Shown piece after piece: positions 8,322-16,541 of a stretch of DNA of 64,000 nucleotides (positions are counted from its first letter, which is position 1; each line of letters begins with the position of its first letter). The notes below the pieces were generated by a model that searched no databases, was not told the origin of the DNA, and saw only the letters and a list, made by a program, of their open reading frames with translations. The DNA is taken from the NCBI GenBank assembly GCA_046290465.1, contig JBKAGP010000001.1:4320001-4384000 (forward strand). The letters are read 5' to 3'. This DNA comes from Planctomycetota bacterium (lineage in GTDB: Bacteria > Planctomycetota > UBA1135 > UBA2386). The translations under genes and the position numbers were made by a program.

Positions 8322-9365
8322 TCACTGCAGGGCCTTGTGCAGCGAGTCCGCGGTCAGGTCGACGATCTCGCCGTCGCCGAGCCGGCGCGGCACGTACATC
8401 GGAACGTCCCCCCGCACCGCCTTCTTGTCGTGGCGCGCCAGCTCCCACAGCTGGTCCGGCACCCGATACTCGGCCGGCACCTCCGGCGACACCCCGACCG
8501 CGCGCAGCAGCGCTTCGATGCGCGCGGTGATCCGCGCGTCGACGTCGGCGGCGAGGCATTCGGCGATCATGCCCATCGCGACCGCGTGGCCGTGCCGGAG
8601 TGAACCCTGCGCGAGGCTCTCGATGGCATGGCCGATGGTGTGCCCGGCGTTGAGCGCGCGGCGGCGGTCGCCCTCGCGTTCGTCGGCCAGCACGACCGCC
8701 ATCTTCATGTCGACGGCCATCGCGATCGTGCGTTCGGTCGCCTCGTCCTCGCGGCGCAGCAGCGCCGGCGCGAGCTGCTCGAGCTCCGCGAAGCGATCCG
8801 CGTCCAGCACGGCCGCCTTCTTGATCACCTCGACGATGCCCTCGCGGAACATCTCGTCGGGCAGCGAGCGCAGCCAGTCGAGGTCCATCACGATCGCGTC
8901 GGGCTGGCGGATTGTGCCCAGGCGGTTCTTGAGGCCGCTGTGGTCGACGCCGTTCTTGCCGCCGAGCGACGCGTCGCACATCGCCAGCGTCGTCGTCGGA
9001 CACGAAACGAACGGCACCCCGCGCAGGTAGATCGACGCGACGAAGCCGGCGAGGTCGGTGATCGTGCCGCCGCCGATCGCGACCATCACGGTCGCGCGGG
9101 TCGCCCCGGCGTCGTGCATGCGGTCGGCCAGCGCGCCGACGACTTCGAGCCGCTTCGCCGCCTCGCCTTCGTCGACGGCCAGCACCGCGGACGCGTCGAG
9201 CGCAGCGCCGACGCGTTGCGCGGTCTCGGCCAGCGCCGAGTCGTGCACGACGACGACTCCGTGCGGGCGCAGCCGGGCGACGACTTCGGGCAGGTGGCGT
9301 TCGGCGCCGACCTGCAGCAGCACGCGCGACGACTGCTGCTGCGAAAAGGCAAACGTGTGGTCCAT
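8322..9365 (-). CDS. aroB: 3-dehydroquinate synthase
   Basis: GEAAK, GGGTITDLAGF, PTTTLAMCDASLGGKNG, LNAGHTIGHAIE, HGHAVAMGM. Confidence 0.95.
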   Translation of the reverse strand: MDHTFAFSQQQSSRVLLQVGAERHLPEVVARLRPHGVVVVHDSALAETAQRVGAALDASAVLAVDEGEAAKRLEVVGALADRMHDAGATRATVMVAIGGGTITDLAGFVASIYLRGVPFVSCPTTTLAMCDASLGGKNGVDHSGLKNRLGTIRQPDAIVMDLDWLRSLPDEMFREGIVEVIKKAAVLDADRFAELEQLAPALLRREDEATERTIAMAVDMKMAVVLADEREGDRRRALNAGHTIGHAIESLAQGSLRHGHAVAMGMIAECLAADVDARITARIEALLRAVGVSPEVPAEYRVPDQLWELARHDKKAVRGDVPMYVPRRLGDGEIVDLTADSLHKALQ

Positions 9366-9578
9366 GAGTTCGGTCGTCTCGAACCTATCCGACCGGATCA
9401 CGAAGTCATCCCCTGCGTGTCGGCGGGTCGCGTCAGGTATGCCCGGATGCGCAACCGGGGTTCGCTTCGAGTCGGATCGGGTCCCGATCAGGTGCCGCCG
9501 AATCCGCGTTGCTGTCGGCCGCGAAGCCTTGCTCCGGGCGCGCCGCCGTCCCACCTCCGACTCGCTATGATGACCGAC

Positions 9579-10811
9579 ATGATCCGCATGGCCCGCACGC
9601 TGCTCGCGCTCCTCGCGTGCACTCCGTTCGCCGACGCCCAGGGCAAGAACGTGCTCTTCTACGGCAACAGCTACACCTACTACGTGTGGGGCTACGGCGT
9701 GCCGGAGGTCGTCGAACTGCTGGCGATCGAAGCGGGCCACCCGGCGCCGACGATCGAGTCTTCGCTGACCGGTGGCGGCACGCTGCCCTGCTACGCCAGC
9801 GACCCGCAGCAGATCGCCGCGATCAGCAACCTGCTGCCCGCCGGCCAGCAGTGGGACGCGGTGGTCATGCAGGGCCACGCGCTCGGCGCGACCAACGGCG
9901 TCGGCTTCAACGTCAACGACTTCCTCGCCGGTGCGCAGGGCATCATGACCAACGTGCGCGCGCACAGCCCGACGGCCAAGGCCGTGATGTACCAGACCTG
10001 GGCCAGCGCGTGGGGGCAGATGTACTACCCCGTGCCGTGGCCGACGCCGATGGACATGCACGACGAGATCCGCGGCAACTACCGGCTGGCGGTCGACAAC
10101 CTCAACAACGCGTTCGGCGTCGGGTCCGCGGCCAACGCGGCGGCGGGCGACGCGGTCGCGCTGCTGGAGTGGGATCCGATGTGGTACGAGGCGGACCTGT
10201 TCCACCCGAGTCCGTCGATGATCCTGCTGGCGGCGATGTGCATCTACACGACGATCTACCAGGAGCCGGTCTGCGGCATCGAGCCGACGTTCGATCCGCC
10301 GGGGCCGCTGGCGGCGGCGCTGCTGGCGCAGGGCGTCGACCAGGCCGATTGGGACCTGTTGTCGGGCCTCGCCGACCGCAGCGCCGATCCGTCGCTGCGC
10401 GCCTACCCCGGGTCGGGCGACCACCTGCTGCTCGAGACGCGCGCCGGCGCCGGTGCGCCGAGCGCGTGCTACCAGAACGCGATCACGACCGGCACGTTGG
10501 TGCAGCTGCGGCTGCGTTCGATCAACGGCGTCTTCGACAGCGCGCCGGCCTGGGTGCTGCTCGACGTGTTCCCGACCGGTTCGCCGACGGGGCCAGCCGC
10601 GCTCTACCCGGAGCTGCAGAGCCCGCTCGGCGCTGCGTCGGTGTTGCTGAGCGCGCCGGACCTCAGCGCGCCGATCGCGCTGTCCCTGCCGATGCCGGTG
10701 ACGTTGCCGGGCTTCTCGCTGCGGCTGCAGGGCATCGTGCAGCAGCCGAGCACCGAGACCGGCAACACGCTGTTCACGACCACCGACGCGCACGAGCTGG
10801 TGTTCTTCTAG
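9579..10811 (+). CDS. Exported SGNH/GDSL-like hydrolase with shared C-terminal domain
   Basis: Signal peptide ending ADA-Q; VLFYGNSY block I; WDAVVMQG; DLFHP (DxxH). Start codon uncertain (9567-9588). Confidence 0.7.
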   Translation: MIRMARTLLALLACTPFADAQGKNVLFYGNSYTYYVWGYGVPEVVELLAIEAGHPAPTIESSLTGGGTLPCYASDPQQIAAISNLLPAGQQWDAVVMQGHALGATNGVGFNVNDFLAGAQGIMTNVRAHSPTAKAVMYQTWASAWGQMYYPVPWPTPMDMHDEIRGNYRLAVDNLNNAFGVGSAANAAAGDAVALLEWDPMWYEADLFHPSPSMILLAAMCIYTTIYQEPVCGIEPTFDPPGPLAAALLAQGVDQADWDLLSGLADRSADPSLRAYPGSGDHLLLETRAGAGAPSACYQNAITTGTLVQLRLRSINGVFDSAPAWVLLDVFPTGSPTGPAALYPELQSPLGAASVLLSAPDLSAPIALSLPMPVTLPGFSLRLQGIVQQPSTETGNTLFTTTDAHELVFF

Positions 10812-10847
10812 ACCACGCTGCTCGCCCACGCTGCGGCCCGCTCACCG

Positions 10848-11423
10848 ATGCGCGCGACCATCTGGCTGTTGGCGATCCTCGCCGCGTGCGCCACGCCTGC
10901 GCGCCCCGCGCAGCTGCGCCCGGACGCGTGGGCCCAGCCGGTTGCCGTCACCGGCGGTCCCGACAACTGCTACGCGGTGTCGTCGGGGCTCTACCGCAGC
11001 GCGCAGCCTTCCGACGACGAGATGCGCGCGCTGCACGCGTTCGGCGTGCGCTCGGTCGTCAACCTGCGCGACCACCACAGCGATCGCGACGACGTCGAAG
11101 GCACCGGCCTGACCCTGTTCGAGGTGCCGACCGACACGAGCGACATGGACTACGACGACCTCGTGCGCGCACTCGCGGTGCTGCGCCAGGCGCCCAAGCC
11201 GGCGGTGGTGCACTGTTGGCGCGGCTCCGATCGCACCGGAACGGTGGTCGCCGGGTGGCGCGTCGCCGTCGATGGATGGACCCCGCAGCAGGCCGCCGAC
11301 GAGATGGTTGCCGGGGGCTTCGGGCACAGCCGGTGGTTTGCGCACCTGCCCGAACTGGTCCGCAGCCTCGATCCTGCCCGGCTTCGCGCGGACGTGCAGG
11401 CGGCCTGCTCCGGCACGCCCTGA
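10848..11423 (+). CDS. Lipoprotein, protein-tyrosine/dual-specificity phosphatase family
   Basis: Lipobox LAAC; LYRSAQP; VVNLR; HCWRGSDRTG (Cx5R). Confidence 0.85.
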   Translation: MRATIWLLAILAACATPARPAQLRPDAWAQPVAVTGGPDNCYAVSSGLYRSAQPSDDEMRALHAFGVRSVVNLRDHHSDRDDVEGTGLTLFEVPTDTSDMDYDDLVRALAVLRQAPKPAVVHCWRGSDRTGTVVAGWRVAVDGWTPQQAADEMVAGGFGHSRWFAHLPELVRSLDPARLRADVQAACSGTP

Positions 11424-11643
11424 ATGCGTCTGGGCGAAATTCCGATCCGGCGTAGTCCGAGCGCCGGGCACGACTTGTAGCAAGACCTCGTTGTTACGTC
11501 GAACCGCCCGGTGGTGAGGAACCTTCCCTCGGGTCGAGGTCGTCCACCTCGGTATCGACTCCCGGTCCCTGGGAGTCTCTTCCCCAACCATGGCCTCCTG
11601 CCTAGGGAATGGCAGCGGGCCCAAAACCCAGGAAGCCCCAACC

Positions 11644-13338
11644 ATGCGCAAGCTCCTGCCTCTCGTGGTCGCGCTCGGTGCAGCCTCTCTCGCTGCCCAG
11701 TCTCCCCTCACGACCACCTTTGCCGGCGGCAACGGCCAGGCCGGCAACATGTTCGACATCGTCGCCACCAACCCAGCCGGGGTGAACATCGACTACTTCG
11801 ATGTGAACCTCGATCCGGGTACGTGGGACATGGAGATCTACAAGCTGACGATCCCAGGTCCCTACGCCGCGTCGGTCAACACCGCCGCCGACTGGACGCT
11901 CGTCGGCTCGGCGACCGGTGTCGTCAGCGCCGCCGGCGGCGTGCCGACGCAGTGCCCGATCCCGGTCTGCGAGTACATCCCGCAGGGCGCGACGCAGTCG
12001 TTCTACGTGACCGTGACCAACGGCACGTCGATCAACTACACCAACGGCACCGCGACCGGCGCGCTGTTCGCGTCCAACAGCGACCTCGAGTTCTACGAAG
12101 GTGCGGGTCTCGCCTACGCGTTCACCGCCAACTTCAACCCGCGCGTGTGGAACGGCAACATCCACTACACGGTCGGTCCGAACCCCAACTGTGGCGCCAC
12201 CTCGTTTGCGTCGCGCTCGACCTACGGCAACGTCGGTTGCTACGAGAACCCGCGCATGGTCAGTGAGTTCTGGCCGCCCGCCAGCACGATCGACCTGACC
12301 GGCACCAGCTGGACGATCGTCTACCAGCCGGGCGCGACCGGCGGCACCTACAACATCAGCGCCGGTGGCCTGCCGTACGACCCGGTCACTCCGTCGGTCT
12401 CCGGCATCGACCTCGCCTCCGGCGTCTACACGTCGAGCTCGTCGGCGACGTGGGACGACGCGTCCGTCACCCAGACGCTCGCGTTCCCGTTCCCGTACCC
12501 GGGCGACGGCAGCCCGAGCACGACCGAGATCACGGTCAACTCCAACGGCCGCCTCTACCTCGGTAACACCGTCGACAACTCGTTCCAGGCCAACGGCGCC
12601 AACTCGCTGCAGACGCCCGACATCTTCGCCGGAACGCTCGGCCCGGGCCTGCCGGTGTGGGCGGCGTTCATGTGTGACCTCGACCCGACCGCCGGCGGCA
12701 ACATCTGGTACGAGGACCCGAGCCCGAGCGGCGGCGTGCGCATCACGTGGGACCAGGTGCCCAACTGGGACGACGGCGTCACCGGCACGACGGCCACCAA
12801 CTCGGTGCAGATCGAACTGCTGCCCGGCGGCACGATCTTCCTGTCCTACGGCGCGACGCTCGGCAACGGCGGCAGCCCGGACAACGAGGCGATCGTCGGC
12901 TTCAGCGCCGGTGGCGGCGAAGGCGAGGTGCGCCTCGACTGGTCGGCCATCACCAGCTACGACACCGGCGATGGCTTCGCCGGTCTCGCCTGCGACGCGG
13001 ACGCCAACCCGGTGCTCGGCACGACGTTCAACATCGTCGTCGACAACATCCCGACGGGCACGCTGCTCGGCGGCGTGATCTTCGGCCTCACCAAGTTCGA
13101 CCCGGGCATCCCGCTGCAGGCGGCGCTGGGCGTGCCGTGTGACCTCTACACGTCGCTCGATTCGCTGGTGACCGGCGCGCTGCCGACCGGCACCTACTCG
13201 GCGCCGTTCACGATGCCGAACAACCCGCTGCTCGCCGGGCAGATCTTCTACAGCCAGGGCTTCTGCCTCAACGCGGCGATCCCGAACCCGCTCGGCGCGA
13301 TGACGTCGAACGGCGTCGAGATGGTGATCGGTAGCTGA
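11644..13338 (+). CDS. Exported Thr/Gly/Asn-rich protein with shared C-terminal domain (candidate abundant surface protein)
   Basis: Signal peptide LAA-Q; acidic, almost Lys/Arg-free body; DLDP..GGNIW..VRITW segment; ends LGAMTSNGVEMVIGS. Confidence 0.75.
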   Translation: MRKLLPLVVALGAASLAAQSPLTTTFAGGNGQAGNMFDIVATNPAGVNIDYFDVNLDPGTWDMEIYKLTIPGPYAASVNTAADWTLVGSATGVVSAAGGVPTQCPIPVCEYIPQGATQSFYVTVTNGTSINYTNGTATGALFASNSDLEFYEGAGLAYAFTANFNPRVWNGNIHYTVGPNPNCGATSFASRSTYGNVGCYENPRMVSEFWPPASTIDLTGTSWTIVYQPGATGGTYNISAGGLPYDPVTPSVSGIDLASGVYTSSSSATWDDASVTQTLAFPFPYPGDGSPSTTEITVNSNGRLYLGNTVDNSFQANGANSLQTPDIFAGTLGPGLPVWAAFMCDLDPTAGGNIWYEDPSPSGGVRITWDQVPNWDDGVTGTTATNSVQIELLPGGTIFLSYGATLGNGGSPDNEAIVGFSAGGGEGEVRLDWSAITSYDTGDGFAGLACDADANPVLGTTFNIVVDNIPTGTLLGGVIFGLTKFDPGIPLQAALGVPCDLYTSLDSLVTGALPTGTYSAPFTMPNNPLLAGQIFYSQGFCLNAAIPNPLGAMTSNGVEMVIGS

Positions 13339-13351
13339 TCGACACCGGATC

Positions 13352-13373
13352 GGTGGGGGCCGCGGCCCCCGCC
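13352..13373 (+). terminator. GC-rich hairpin downstream of 11644-13338
   Basis: GGTGGGGGCC-GC-GGCCCCCGCC; no U-tract. Confidence 0.45.
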
Positions 13374-13438
13374 AAGGGGTGGCGGCCGTCGGCGGACCGA
13401 TGGCTGCCCCTCTGCTTCTCCGGGCTAGGATGTGGCGT

Positions 13439-14104
13439 ATGGACGAGGCGCCGCACGACCCGGAGAAGCAACTTGCCGCAGACGTCGCGACCGTTCTGCG
13501 CCCTGCGGCGCTGCTGTGGATGACGCAGTGGATCGGGGCCGGCATCTGGGCGCACCTCGGCTGGCGCTTCGCCGGCTTGTCCGCTTCGGCGTTCTGGAAC
13601 GTCTGGTACGTGATCTTCGCCGTCATGGTCGGGGTGTTCGTGTTCCGCGACCCCGAGGCGCGCCGCGTGTTCGCGAAGCCGCGCAAGAGCGCGGTCGAGA
13701 TGGTGCTGCTGATCGGCGCCGTCGCCTGGCTGATCGACTACCAGTGGGTCGCCTGGCTGTATCCGGACCGCAGCTACTCGGCCTACCAGGAGTCGGCCGG
13801 CGCCTCCGAGCTGCCGATCGTGCTGTTCTGGATCGCGCTGATGCCGGCGCTGTTCGAGGAGTGGATGTTCCGCGGCCTGCTGCTGTCGCGCTTCCGGCGG
13901 GTCCTGCCGCTCAACTGGGCCATCGCCGGCCAGGCGATGCTGTTCTCGTTGATGCACTTCGACCACTACATGCTGCTGCCGCACTTCTTCTTCGGCTGCG
14001 TCGCCGGCGTGCTGCGCGTCGTCGCCGGCGGCCTGTGGCCGTGCATGCTGTGGCACTTCGCGTGGAACGCGGCGTGCGTCGCGTGGCCGAACGGCTTCCT
14101 GTAG
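13439..14104 (+). CDS. CPBP (CAAX/Abi) family intramembrane glutamic endopeptidase
   Basis: PALFEEWMFRG (EExxxR), FSLMH and HFAWN motifs; multiple TM segments. Confidence 0.9.
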   Translation: MDEAPHDPEKQLAADVATVLRPAALLWMTQWIGAGIWAHLGWRFAGLSASAFWNVWYVIFAVMVGVFVFRDPEARRVFAKPRKSAVEMVLLIGAVAWLIDYQWVAWLYPDRSYSAYQESAGASELPIVLFWIALMPALFEEWMFRGLLLSRFRRVLPLNWAIAGQAMLFSLMHFDHYMLLPHFFFGCVAGVLRVVAGGLWPCMLWHFAWNAACVAWPNGFL

Positions 14105-14137
14105 GGCGCTACCCTTGAGAGGGCTGGCGAACCCTAC
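14101..14137. terminator. Hairpin spanning the stop codons of two convergent genes (GTAG-ended, REP-like)
   Basis: GTAGGG/CCCTAC, CGCTA/TGGCG and CCCT-TGAG-AGGG. Confidence 0.5.
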
Positions 14138-14376
14138 CGCCGCGTCCACTCCCCGAACACCTTCAGCAGCGTCGGCATCACCACATAGCTCATCAGCGGC
14201 ACGACGATCGCCGTGACGATCAGCGTGATCACCGGCAGCGCGAAGTGCTCCAGGAGCGTCGGCAGCAGCATCCACAGCACCAACGTGATGGTCGGGTAGA
14301 TCCCGACCCACGTCAGCAGCACCAGCTTGTGCTGGTTGGGCGGCCGCGGCGGCTGCGTGTCGACGGGGGCGCCCAT
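14134..14376 (-). CDS. Small two-TM membrane protein
   Basis: PNQHKLVLLTWVGIYP..LMSYVVMP..W resembles the membrane tail of antibiotic-biosynthesis-monooxygenase fusion proteins. Confidence 0.65.
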   Translation of the reverse strand: MGAPVDTQPPRPPNQHKLVLLTWVGIYPTITLVLWMLLPTLLEHFALPVITLIVTAIVVPLMSYVVMPTLLKVFGEWTRR

Positions 14377-14398
14377 TGCGTTGGGTGGTCTGCGGCGC

Positions 14399-16423
14399 CT
14401 AGCGGTGCACGAACTCGGCCTTCACCTTCGGCCCGTTCTTCATGAAGTTGTCGACGCCGATGCGCATGTCCTCGGTGCCACACACCTCGCCGAAGCACTT
14501 CGCCTCGAACGGCACGGCTTCCGACAGCGGCAGCTTCGCGGCGCCGAGGATCGCCTTCTGCAGGATCTCGTCGACCTTCTTCGACAGGTGGCCGAGTTCG
14601 ACCGCGGGCAGGCTGTCCGGCACGTTCTCCATCGGGCCCTCGGCCATGCGCGAACGCTCGGCCTTGCCGTCGGCCATGTCGCGGCACAGCGCGACGGCGC
14701 GGTCGACCAGGTCGCCCTCGACCTCCTCGCGGATCAGGCCGAACGCGAGCGCCTTCTCCGAGCTGATCGGGCGGCACGTGCGCAGCATCATGTTGGCGTT
14801 GTCGAAGCCGACCAGGCGCGGCAAGCGGACCGTGCCGCCGGCACCCGGGATGATGCCGAGGTTGGCTTCCGGCTGGCCGGCGAGCACCTTGAGGCCCTTC
14901 TTGGCGATGCGGGTCTCGCACGCCATCGCGGTCTCGATGCCGCCGCCGAACGCGAGGCCGTTGAGCGCCGCGACGGTCGGCTTCTGCACCTTCTGGAGCG
15001 CGTCGACGCACACCTGCGAAGTGCGCGAGGTCTGCTCGCCCATCTCGACGCTGTCGATCTTGGCCAGGAAGTTGACGTCGGCGCCGCTGACGAACGCCTT
15101 CTTGCCGAAGCCGGTCAGCACGATGCCCTTGATCGATGCGTCCGCGTCGCACTCCTCGAAGCGCGTCTGCAGTTCCTTGAAGACGCCCTGGTCGAGTGCG
15201 TTGAGCACCTTCGGTCGGCGGATCGTCAGCACCGCGATGCCGTCGCGGTCCTCACGCAGCACGACCGGGATGTCGAACGGGGTGTTGTCCTTGCCGTGCT
15301 CCTCGATGCACTTCGGCACCGGGAAGCCCTCGTAGTCGGCGGCGTAGGCCTTCACCAGCTCCAGCGCCTTGGCCGTGCCGATCTCGTTCATAAAAGCGAA
15401 CGCCGGCTTCATGTCGAGGCCGACGTCGAGGCCCATGTTGAAGTCGGCGACCGAGATCAGGCCGGCGTCGACGATCTCGCCGCACAGGCCGAAGTAGGCG
15501 CCCATCAGCGCGTCGCGCACCTTGGCGGCGACGTCGTCCGCGACCTCGACCTTCTCGCCGCGCGCCGGAACGTCCCAGTTCTCCTTCTTCTCGACCTTCT
15601 CCTTCAGCGAGTCGGGCGTCTTGAAGTAGGGGCCGATCTTGGTCGTGTAGTTGTCGAGACCGACCGCGGTGATCGGGTTGCCACCCGTCAGGTTCATCGC
15701 GGTGAACGAGCCGACGCCCATCTTGAACGTCTTCTTGCAGACGACGTCGATCTCCTTGGTCGACGCGACGCCGCGCTCGGCGAGCAGCGCGCAGGCGTAG
15801 AACAGGCCTTCGAACACCGGGTCGAGCGCGTAGCCGTAGCGCGACTGCACCTCGATCGGGACCTTGCCGATGCCCTCGTAGAACGACATCAGCCACTTCG
15901 TCGTGGCGGCGTCGGTGTCCTTGCCCGGCACGACCTCGACGAGCAGGTTGCGCTCGGCGGGGAAGAAGTAGTGCACCACGCCGGTGCGGCCCTTGTGCTT
16001 GCTGTTGGCGAAGATCACCTCGGGCTCCAGGTGCGAGCTGTTGCTGCACAGGATCGCGTCGTCGGCGACCAGCCCTTCGACCATGCCGAAGATCTTGCCC
16101 TTGAGTTCCTTGTTCTCGGTCGCGGCCTCGACCACGAGGTCGGCGCCCTGGATGTCGTCGTAGTTGGTCGTCCACGCGACGCTCGAGACCATCTTGGCCT
16201 GCTGCTCTTCGCTGAACGCGCCGGTCTCGACGCCCTTCGCGACCTTCTTCTCGAGCTTCTTCCTGCCGCCGGCCAGCGCGTCCTCGCTGACGTCGACCAC
16301 GACGGTCTGCACGCCGAACGGGCTCAGGACCTTGGTGAAGTAGAGGGCGATGTCCGGGCCGATCTGGCCCGAACCGATGACGGCGACCTTGCGGATCTCG
16401 CGGCCTTGGTGGGTGAAGCTCAT
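14399..16423 (-). CDS. Bifunctional 3-hydroxyacyl-CoA dehydrogenase / enoyl-CoA hydratase
   Basis: N-terminal GSGQIG, VEAATE, SNSS and HYFFP; C-terminal crotonase FVSGADV, AFGGGIE and PEANLGIIPGAGG. Confidence 0.92.
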   Translation of the reverse strand: MSFTHQGREIRKVAVIGSGQIGPDIALYFTKVLSPFGVQTVVVDVSEDALAGGRKKLEKKVAKGVETGAFSEEQQAKMVSSVAWTTNYDDIQGADLVVEAATENKELKGKIFGMVEGLVADDAILCSNSSHLEPEVIFANSKHKGRTGVVHYFFPAERNLLVEVVPGKDTDAATTKWLMSFYEGIGKVPIEVQSRYGYALDPVFEGLFYACALLAERGVASTKEIDVVCKKTFKMGVGSFTAMNLTGGNPITAVGLDNYTTKIGPYFKTPDSLKEKVEKKENWDVPARGEKVEVADDVAAKVRDALMGAYFGLCGEIVDAGLISVADFNMGLDVGLDMKPAFAFMNEIGTAKALELVKAYAADYEGFPVPKCIEEHGKDNTPFDIPVVLREDRDGIAVLTIRRPKVLNALDQGVFKELQTRFEECDADASIKGIVLTGFGKKAFVSGADVNFLAKIDSVEMGEQTSRTSQVCVDALQKVQKPTVAALNGLAFGGGIETAMACETRIAKKGLKVLAGQPEANLGIIPGAGGTVRLPRLVGFDNANMMLRTCRPISSEKALAFGLIREEVEGDLVDRAVALCRDMADGKAERSRMAEGPMENVPDSLPAVELGHLSKKVDEILQKAILGAAKLPLSEAVPFEAKCFGEVCGTEDMRIGVDNFMKNGPKVKAEFVHR

Positions 16424-16541
16424 GGGGTTCCTCGTTTCGGGGGCGAACAGGATAGCGACGCACGCGGACCGGCGGAAGGCCGCGCAGCGCCAAGGTCGCA
16501 GATCCCCGGCGAGCAGGAGCTTGCAGCCGCGGTCGGCGCGG

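Noticed and set aside
5223..10829. Long N-terminal extensions on aroC (899 aa ORF) and aroB (835 aa ORF), and similarly on rlmD
   Set aside because: The extensions overlap neighbouring real genes in other frames. Homology begins only at the downstream starts used.
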